A DNA stretch of 64,000 nucleotides from Macrostomum lignano (Eukaryota), in assembly GCA_002269645.1 (NCBI GenBank), contig NIVC01002196.1, positions 62,001 through 126,000 on the forward strand, written 5' to 3'. This document shows, piece after piece, positions 54,510 through 64,000 of this stretch. Each line of letters begins with the position of its first letter. Positions within the stretch are counted from its first letter, which is position 1. Made by a program: the position numbers and the translations under genes. The notes beneath the pieces were generated by a model that saw only the letters and a list, made by a program, of their open reading frames with translations, made no database searches and was not told the origin of the DNA.

Positions 54510-57152
54510 ATGGGAATGGCGCATCTGGGAATGGCACATCTGGGAATGGCGCATCTGGGAATGGCACATCTGGGAATGGCGCATCTGGGAATGGCGCATC
54601 TGGGAATGGCACATCTGGGAATGGCGCATCTGGGAATGGCGCATCTGGGAATGGCGCATCTGGGAATGGCACATCTGGGAATGGCGCATCTGGGAATGGC
54701 ACATCTGGGAATGGCGCATCTGGGAATGGCGCATCTGGGAATGGCACATCTGGGAATGGCGCATCTGGGAATGGCGCATCTGGGAATGGCACATCTGGGA
54801 ATGGCGCAACTGGGAATGGCACATCTGGGAATGGCGCATCTGGGAATGGCGCATCTGGGAATGGCGCATCTGGGAATGGCACATCTGGGAATGGCGCATC
54901 TGGGAATGGCGCATCTGGGAATGGCGCATCTGGGAATGGCGCATCTGGGAATGGCACATCTGGGAATGGCGCATCTGGGAATGGCGCATCTGGGAATGGC
55001 ACATCTGGGAATGGCGCAACTGGGAATGGCACATCTGGGAATGGCGCATCTGGGAATGGCGCATCTGGGAATGGCACATCTGGGAATGGCACATCTGGGA
55101 ATGGCGCATCTGGGAATGGCGCATCTGGGAATGGCACATCTGGGAATGGCGCAACTGGGAATGGCACATCTAGGAATGGCGCATCTGGGAATGGCGCATC
55201 TGGGAATGGCACATCTGGGAATGGCGCATCTGGGAATGGCACATCTGGGAATGGCGCATCTGGGAATGGCGCATCTGGGAATGGCGCATCTGGGAATGGC
55301 GCATCTGGGAATGGCGCATCTGGGAATGGCGCATCTGGGAATGGCGCATCTGGGAATGGCGCATCTGGGAATGGCACATCTGGGAATGGTACATCTGGGA
55401 ATGGCACATCTGGGAATGGCACATCTGGGAATGGCACATCTGGGAATGGCGCATCTGGGAATGGCGCATCTGGGAATGGCGCATCTGGGAATGGCGCATC
55501 TGGGAATGGCGCATCTGGGAATGGCACATCTGGGAATGGCACATCTGGGAATGGCGCATCTGGGAATGGCACATCTGGGAATGGCGCATCTGGGAATGGC
55601 ACATCTGGGAATGGCACATCTGGGAATGGCACATCTCTGGGAATGGCGCATCTCTGGGAATGACACATCTGGGAATGGCGCATCTGGGAATGGCACATCT
55701 GGGAATGGCACATCTGGGAATGGCGCATCTGGGAATGGCGCATCTGGGAATGGCGCATCTGGGAATGGCGCATCTGGGAATGGCGCATCTGGGAATGGCG
55801 CATCTGGGAATGGCGCATCTGGGAATGGCGCATCTGGGAATGGCGCATCTGGGAATGGCACATCTGGGAATGGCGCATCTGGGAATGGCGCATCTGGGAA
55901 TGGCGCATCTGGGAATGGCGCATCTGGGAATGGCGCATCTGGGAATGGCGCATCTGGGAATGGCGCATCTGGGAATGGCACATCTGGGAATGGCGCATCT
56001 GGGAATGGCGCATCTGGGAATGGCGCAACTGGGAATGGCGCATCTGGGAATGGCGCATCTGGGAATGGCACATCTGGGAATGGTACATCTGGGAATGGCA
56101 CATCTGGGAATGGCACATCTGGGAATGGCACATCTGGGAATGGCACATCTGGGAATGGCGCATCTGGGAATGGCGCATCTGGGAATGGCGCAACTGGGAA
56201 TGGCGCATCTGGGAATGGCGCATCTGGGAATGGCACATCTGGGAATGGTACATCTGGGAATGGCACATCTGGGAATGGCACATCTGGGAATGGCACATCT
56301 GGGAATGGCGCATCTGGGAATGGCACATCTGGGAATGGCACATCTGGGAATGGCACATCTCTGGGAATGGCGCATCTCTGGGAATGACACATCTGGGAAT
56401 GGCGCATCTGGGAATGGCACATCTGGGAATGGCGCATCTCTGGGAATGGCACATCTGGGAATGGCGCATCTGGGAATGGCACATCTGGGAATGGCACATC
56501 TGGGAATGGCACATCTGGGAATGGCACATCTGGGAATGGCACATCTGGGAATGGCACATCTCTGGGAATGGCGCATCTCTGGGAATGGCACATCTGGGAA
56601 TGGCACATCTCTGGGAATGGCACATCTCTGGGAATGGCGCATCTCTGGGAATGGCGCATCTGGGAATGGCGCATCTCTGGGAATGGCGCATCTCTGGGAA
56701 TGGCGCATCTCTGGGAATGGCGCATCTCTGGGAATGGCGCATCTCTGGGAATGGCGCACCTGGGAATGGCGCACCTGGGAATGGCGCATCTCTGGGAATG
56801 GCGCATCTCTGGGAATGGCGCACCTGGGAATGGCGCACCTGGGAATGGCGCACCTGGGAATGGCGCACCTGGGAATGGCACATCTGGGAATGGCGCACCT
56901 GGGAATGGCACATCTGGGAATGGCACATCTGGGAATGGCACATCTGGGAATGGCGCATCTCTGGGAATGGCGCATCTGATAATGGCGCACCTGGGAATGG
57001 CACATCTGGGAATGGCACATCTGGGAATGGCGCACCTGGGAATGGCACATCTGGGAATGGCACATCTGGGAATGGCACATCTGGGAATGGCACATCTGGG
57101 AATGGCGCATCTCTGGGAATGGCGCATCTGATAATGGCGCACCTGGGAATGG
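54510..57152. repeat. 15-bp satellite (GGGAATGGCGCATCT) with 17-bp variants
   Basis: Direct; produces the GMAHL, WEWRI, DAPFP and RCAIP ORFs. Confidence 0.97.
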
Positions 57153-58161
57153 CTCAACTACAGATGGTGCAATTGAATGGAAAATAAGCAAAAAATTGAT
57201 GTGTTAGTTATTAAGGGCTTAGATAGCAAATACACGTAGCTATTGAGAATCAACGAATCCGAGGCTTACTGACCGTGCTCCGAGCTGCGCACACTCGTAG
57301 ATTAAGCCTCAGCTAAAAGTTTTCACAAGTCATTGATTAGTGGAAGATGAGCTCAGCCAGTCTTCCCAGCCGGCTATCCGCCATCGGAAGCTTTCTCGTG
57401 GCTGAAGCCTAGGAAGTCTAAGAGATATCCTTTACTTCGGATTGCCTCCTTGTGACGGAATGGGGAGCGGTACTTCGCTTGAACGATCCAGAGTGGACGA
57501 GGGTCACTGCTTCCCGCCTTCTTCGTCTCCTTGTTCTACTGCTCCTCTTCTCCCCGTCATCCCATTTTCCTGTCTCTAGCCAATGCGCCCGGATAGTAAT
57601 CACTTAAAGGTAGCGCAGTGCATCAATCAGCTCTGACATCTCTTTTGCCGTTCCGCCCAAGCCTCCCGCGGTCCAGTGAGCACGGCACTCAAATCTTGGC
57701 GGAGGCAAAAGTCGAACAAAGAAACTGGAGGAGGAAAAAGAATGGGAGGGGGGTTGGGGCCGAGACAGGAACTTATTGGCTGTATCGGATTTTTGCTCAA
57801 CTGTAATGGCAAGTTGAGCTGCACTGGGGTGACAGGCGGTGAGGTTCTATTACCGTCTTTCCCACGTACTGATTAGAGTGCTACGTCAGCCTTTTACCTG
57901 TTGTGGAAATCAGGCTCCGTATGTTGAAACCCGGACTGGGATATACTGATACGCATACATGGACATCAAATCAGTCAAGGCAAGAGTCGATGTGGTTACG
58001 CCTGTTCCTCTGGTCACTGAGCACTAACAACCTCAAACAGGGTGCACACAAGGACTACTAAAGCGAATAATGCTGTCTTATCTCAGGCAGCAAGAAAGAG
58101 AGACAGAGGGGGAATTAGAATCAAGGACTACTAAAGACTACTACGAAGTTAGAAGGATGCA

Positions 58162-58808
58162 ACACTCGATCTCCATGGAAAATGTTTTGAAGGCCACTTT
58201 TCGCCCAAAAAATACACTACGGAGATAGGAGGTTTTCATTTTTGCAGCACAAAAGTTGTTATTGCTTTCGATTGGAAGCAGACTCAATGTTCATCTTTTG
58301 ATATGTTGTGCCTTTCTCATAGCTCTATCGATATTCATAAAGCTTTTTGTTCAGAAAATTAGGATTCTTTGTCAATTTTTTATCACATGTACAATTGCAC
58401 ATGTCCTGTGCCTAAAAACCATTAAAATGGCACGGCTCAGCTCATTGGTTTTATGAATCTATTTCGTCATTCTTAGCTGACTGTGTAACAATATGTGTAA
58501 CAGAGATGATAAAAAAGATTCATAAAACCAATGAGTCGAGCTGTGCCATGCATTTTAATGATTTTTAAGTACAGGAAATGTATGTAGGATAAAAAATTAA
58601 CATAGAATCCTAATTTTCCCAACAAAAAGCTTTATGAATATCGATAGAGCTATGAGAAAGGCACAACACATCAAAAGATGAACATTGGATCTGCCTCCTA
58701 TCGAAAGCAATAACAATTTTTGTGCTGCAAAAATGAAAACTTCCTACCTCCGTAGTGTATTTTTGGGCGAAAAGTGGCCTACAAAACTTTTCCATGAAAC
58801 GTGAGTGT
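58162..58808. mobile_element. Foldback or MITE-like long inverted repeat (arms about 310 bp, spacer about 35 bp)
   Basis: The left arm (e.g. GGCCACTTTTCGCCCAAAAAATACACTACGGAG) is the reverse complement of the right arm (CTCCGTAGTGTATTTTTGGGCGAAAAGTGGCC) over its whole length, with scattered mismatches. Confidence 0.85.
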
Positions 58809-58994
58809 CGCGTCCTGTATCTACATTTTTTTATTAGAGGCAGGGGGTTGTGTGCACCCTGGCGCACTTTAAGCGACATAGGCACACAACCGGCGAGAGG
58901 CATTATTGCCCATTCCGCCGACTCCCCTGAGCAGGCATACAAGCGCGCGGATACGTACGCACGCACACACTCACACAGGAGTGTAACGCGGCCC

Positions 58995-59178
58995 TAACTT
59001 TATTTTATCGTTAGGCATGTACATTTCACTGCGCCTTGGGGCTTGGCTCTCAAGGCCGTTAATTGCACGAGCAGAGCCGAGATTCCAATTCAGCCCCAAA
59101 TTAATGTGACTGCACTTGGAATCGAGCCTGGGTCGCTGGCACACCAGAGCAGCTGCGCTACCGCTGGGCTACGGCCCC
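58995..59178 (-). mobile_element. Second tRNA-headed SINE-like element
   Basis: Reverse complement reads GGGGCCGTAGCCCAGCGGTAGCGC..GGCTCGATTCC (A and B boxes) followed by a non-tRNA body ending ATAAAATAAA. Single copy in the window. Confidence 0.6.
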
Positions 59179-60415
59179 CTGTATCTACGTTGCTTTAGTT
59201 GTCCTTGGATGCACAGCGGCCCTGGCTTTTTAATTGTCAGACATGTAGACACATTGTGCACCAAGTGTTGGCCTTCATGGGCGTGAATCGCACGACAAAC
59301 CGGTGCCAATTTTTGTGCACGAGGCCCAAATTAATCTGGCCCGGCACGGGATCGATTGACGCGAGAGCTACCCTGCGTCTACACTTCAGCTGCGGCCATG
59401 ACTCATTCTTTATGGCTCATTCATTTCGCAAAAATGAGTGGCGGCCTTGATCTAAGCAGCAGTGCATAGTGCACTACTGGCGCAATCGCATTGACAAAAT
59501 TTTGTCCCACCCTGAACTTGGAAAAGCGTAAAAGCACTTTTACTTTCGTTGAAAGTTACAAAGGTCAGTCATGCTGACGATGAAACAGAAAGCAACCGTA
59601 TAGTGGTTGCACTTGCCATTTCGATGCCTCACAAATGCGCAGCTCAGTGGTCTGACCCTTAAAAGACCACATTATTTTGACCAGCCCGCAATGCATAGGT
59701 AGTGTTAGTGTAACCTAAGGTAGTGTAGGTTGCTCAAAAGGGGGTAGAATTGCCTCAGACAGCGCTGGTTTTGGGACGACTTCGCCAAAGTCATTGCGTC
59801 AGAGGGAGCCTACAGCCCTCCTGCAAATGAGGATTGTTGGCACTCTAATAAAATGTCCAAAAGACATTCTTAGGTCCGAATTTTTCTGCACATTCAGCTT
59901 TTCGAAAGCAAGTATTTTACCACTGAAGCTGCTGAGTTACATCAATTATGATTATTATTATTAGTCGATGAAAATATTTATTCCTGGCGCTGAGTCCAAA
60001 TAGTTTTACAGTGCCCAGTCGAAATTGAGCGCCGGAAATGTCGGAAGCGTTGAATTTGTTTGTGCAAATATAAAAAAAAACGGAGAAGCTTAAACTTTTC
60101 CTGTGTTTGATAGCAGTTCGCAGCCCTTGAAGAGATCTTCTGACACCTTGTCGATATTGGCAGTGCGGTGTCGCGCTTCGGCCAGCTGAAACTGGAGTCT
60201 CAGTCCAAGAAAAAAAGAAATTTGTCCGGCTCGGTGACAGCCGGAGTTGACGTGGGGATCAATACCTATAGCTTGCATGTAGTTTCTGCTTCCGAGAAGA
60301 GAATGCCCACAAGCTGCATAGCTGTCTGAAATTTTGGACACATGCATCTGGGCATCCAGTTTTATTCGCTGTATTCCATATACTAAAAATGATTTGTCGG
60401 TATATATTCGTATCT

Positions 60416-60527
60416 GTCTGTCGGTATGTGTCTATGTCTGTCGGTATGTGTCTATGTCTGTCGGTATGTGTCTATGTCTGTCGGTATGTGTCTATGTCTG
60501 TCGGTATGTGTCTATGTATGTCGGTAT
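60416..60527. repeat. 20-bp tandem repeat (GTCTGTCGGTATGTGTCTAT)
   Basis: Direct. Confidence 0.92.
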
Positions 60528-60800
60528 GTGATCGGCTGGTTGAGATTGGCCTGGATTTGCTTTTGCTATGGTAACTGCGCCATTCTGTCTTCTGGTGCGC
60601 GTCTTTCTGCGCTGGATTGGGCAGGACTCCCACCAATGGAGACCAAGCTGGGCTCCCATTCAATATATCATCCCAATTCTCTTCCCATGGGGCTAAAAAT
60701 TCCGATAGAAGCAAGAGAAAACGCAGAAACGAAGTGAAGAACAGCTCCCTTGGCATAGTTACTGCTCACAAACATCGGCACAGCTCAGTGTGCTTTGGAC

Positions 60801-61274
60801 ATGGCAGCGCTAATCCTGACCCTGCTACTTGTTTTGGCTGCCTCACCGATCGGCCTCTGCAAAAAGATGTCACTTCCCGGTGAACTGATTCTTGGCGGCC
60901 TGTTCCCCATCCACGAGAAGGACCCGGCCGAGACCAGCAGGTGCGGCAAGATCAGCGAGAACCGAGGCATCCAGCGCCTGGAGGCCATGGTCTATGCATT
61001 GAATCGCGTCAACGCAGATCCCAGTCTCCTGCCGCATCTGAAGCTGGGGGCCAAGCTGCTTGACACCTGCTCCAAGGACACCTACGCGCTTGAACAGAGC
61101 ATGGACTTCGTCACGGATCATTTGAGCACGCTAGACGCGTCGTACGAGTACCAGTGCCCCGACCCTGCCGCCAGGACACCTAAGCGAAAGTCGCGCAAGC
61201 CAGTCGCTGGAGTGATCGGCGCCGCCGATTCCTCGGTCAGCATCATGATTGCCAACATTTTGCGACTATTCAAG
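60801..61274 (+). CDS. GRM: Metabotropic glutamate receptor (class C GPCR, group II/III-like), first coding exon
   Basis: Signal peptide; LILGGLFPIH, RGIQRLEAM, DTCSKDTYALEQS, VIGAADSSVSIMIANILRLFK; donor AAG|gtgagc at the intron position before IPQISY in group II/III genes. The next exon was not found in the window. Confidence 0.96.
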
Positions 61275-62895
61275 GTGAGCCCACGTGTCTGACCCTAACG
61301 CCACGACTCTTGGGTTTCGATTCGATATTCGAGCGCCACATTCATTTGAGGTTCGTGGTGTTCGTGGGGTTCATCCTCACGTGCCCCAAGGCTCAGAGAG
61401 TGTACATGCCTGACGATTAGAAAGTCAGGGCCGCTGTACACCCTGTGTGAGCGTGTGCATGAGTGCGCGCCTGAGTACAGTATTGACGAACTTGCATGTG
61501 CTCAGGAGTCTGCGCAATGAGCAGAATTGCCCCAGCACTGGTTGTGGGACGACGTCGCAGAATGCGTTGCTCACGCAACCCTGCCTTCGAATCAAGCTTT
61601 TCCAGATATGTTTGGGAACAAGTTGATTACCCAGCCCGAACTTGCAGATCGTCGGCCTCTGTCGGTAAGGCATTCCTCGTCTCCGAAGAAGAGCCCGTTG
61701 AACTTTAGGCAGTCTCAAATGAGTCAGGTTTTTTACAATGGATACAATTTTTTCTAAGCGCATCACGCTCAGCAAATACCGCTCTCCGCACCCGCGGATG
61801 CCGTGGCCGCAGAATCTCCCACCTCCTCAGCAGCCTCTCCAAGCCGCGCTCTCTCCATACTCTCCAAACCAGCTAAGTTTCGCTGCCATTGTGCTGCATT
61901 GTTGCATCGCTATGGCTATCTCTCCCTCCCACCCCGTCTCTCTTCTCTCGCGGTGGCTTCTCTTTCTTAGTCTGTTTCTCTATCTAGAATTCCTGATCGT
62001 TAAAGTGTGGGGATTCTTTCCGCCCTCCCTCCCTGTCTCTCTATCTGCCTCCAACTACTTTAGCGTTTTTCAGCATCCGCAACACAGCAGCGGAGAAAGA
62101 GATTCAAGGCCTTTGTGCATGCATTAAGTACCTTATTGTTGTCTTCTAGCAACAGCCAGCAAGCGCCGCCGTTCAGAAATTTCTTTTTCTTCTCCTTTCC
62201 TCGATTTTGTAAGCTTTGTGAGGATGCTGTTTCGATTTAGAGACCAATAGACGGACGCCAGATAACTGCTGTAAGTTAAATTCGAGCCAGCCAGAGGTTC
62301 CTTAGTACGTCTCAGAAAAAGCCTACAGTATCCCATTCTTCACTAGTCCAGTATAATTGCCTTAGAGATTTTCTTTCTGCCTCAATTTCTCCCCTCTTAT
62401 ATTTATCCCCCCAATCTGCTCAACAGCCTTCTATTGCAATAGCTGTACTCAATATGCACTTTTATTGACCACCTTTGTTGCCAAGCTCAATCTGCGAATT
62501 CAATTGCAAGGAGAGGCACGGCGCCCGCAGGGTCGGGTTGGGTCGCCAAGTATTGATTATCAGTTGCTATTCCATTCCCCTCGGTGCCGCACTCAATCAT
62601 ATGCGGGATATGATGGCAGTAGCCAATGATCTGGGCGCAGTCCAACTCAGAATGTCGAAATCAATTCGAAGAGCAAAGTCACCGGCAGGACAAGCGGTTG
62701 AAGGGAATAAATTACCGCAACCGGGCCATTAAATCACGGGATTGGTGACCCGCATGACATCAAAGAGCCTTCGGTCAACCCTCCCGCTCATTCGGGACAG
62801 AAATCAATGAAAGCACCACTAAGACAGAAGGAATTGATTGGTTAAGAAGTTTCACTTACCTATGAGGTGGGTCTAATGCTGCATGCACTGGCATA

Positions 62896-63424
<529 letters not shown>

Positions 63425-64000
63425 GGTAGGTAGGTAAATAGATAAGTTGACAGGTTATGGTACAATAATAAGCAATAGCAGTTAGTTAGTATTGCTCTCA
63501 GTCAGCCAGCCATGTCAATCATCAATTGGATGTGTGGTTGACAGTCATAAATTTATCAAGGCAGCTCATTGGGTTGGCGCTGCACGCACTGGTTATGAAA
63601 GAGCAGGAAGGCTGGAGTTCTGCTTTGAAAAGCAGATATTTGCTGGCCAACTCACGAAAAGGTCAGCCAGCGGCTAGGTGTATCCTTCTAACTAATGAGC
63701 ATCGGAATCTCGACTTCGGAAAGTCGGAGGAAGAGACCACGGGCAATAATCAATAGTTCGAGTGCAGTGCAGAAAGCATTTAGACAGATTAGAAACAATT
63801 CAAAAGGTAAATCGAATGAGCCAACTGAATTTGGTTCAGTTTTTTAGCACGAATGAAGCCACAGTGGAAGAGTGCTGCGTCGGGGGAGCTTCGAAGAGAA
63901 CCGGCTCCACTCGTCACTTCTCGCAACTGCCCCGATATTGCCCCCGCTTTGTTCCAACGAGATGCAGTAAGGACTCTCTAGGCTTTGCATCTCTTCAAGA

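Noticed and set aside
54478-57191. ORFs up to 886 aa (GMAHL, WEWRI, DAPFP, RCAIP, GNGAS)
   Set aside because: Open in multiple frames on both strands because of the 15-bp repeat; not protein-coding evidence.
61425-61775. ORFs in the mGluR intron as a possible next exon or transposase fragment
   Set aside because: No IPQISY motif and no recognisable domain.

Overview
Eukaryotic (animal) genomic DNA with spliced genes and many minisatellites. The style resembles a free-living flatworm such as Macrostomum, but that is inference only. Most long ORFs in the track are artefacts of tandem repeats. Genes reconstructed by hand from translation plus GT/AG boundaries and phase: (1) a 17-exon type IV diacylglycerol kinase (DGKZ/DGKI/rdgA-like) on the minus strand, about 4.3-19.1 kb; (2) an intronless fatty-acid-binding protein gene nested antisense in a DGK intron; (3) a two-exon EGR/Krox zinc-finger gene preceded by three CArG boxes and a CRE-like site; (4) a Shaker/Kv1 channel with an Aplysia-like N-terminus, an internal acceptor at the Drosophila-type SFPK junction, two upstream phase-compatible candidate exons, and 5-7 single-base deletions in this copy; (5) a four-exon gene of unknown function on the minus strand, 50.5-54.3 kb; (6) the first coding exon of a metabotropic glutamate receptor. 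Mobile and repeat content: four copies of a tRNA-headed CORE-type SINE (one fused to a 2.8-kb satellite that resembles its A-box region), a second tRNA-headed SINE, a hAT-like MITE carrying an internal minisatellite, a 650-bp foldback element, and about 25 distinct tandem arrays. No CRISPR array, rRNA gene or intact tRNA gene is supported.
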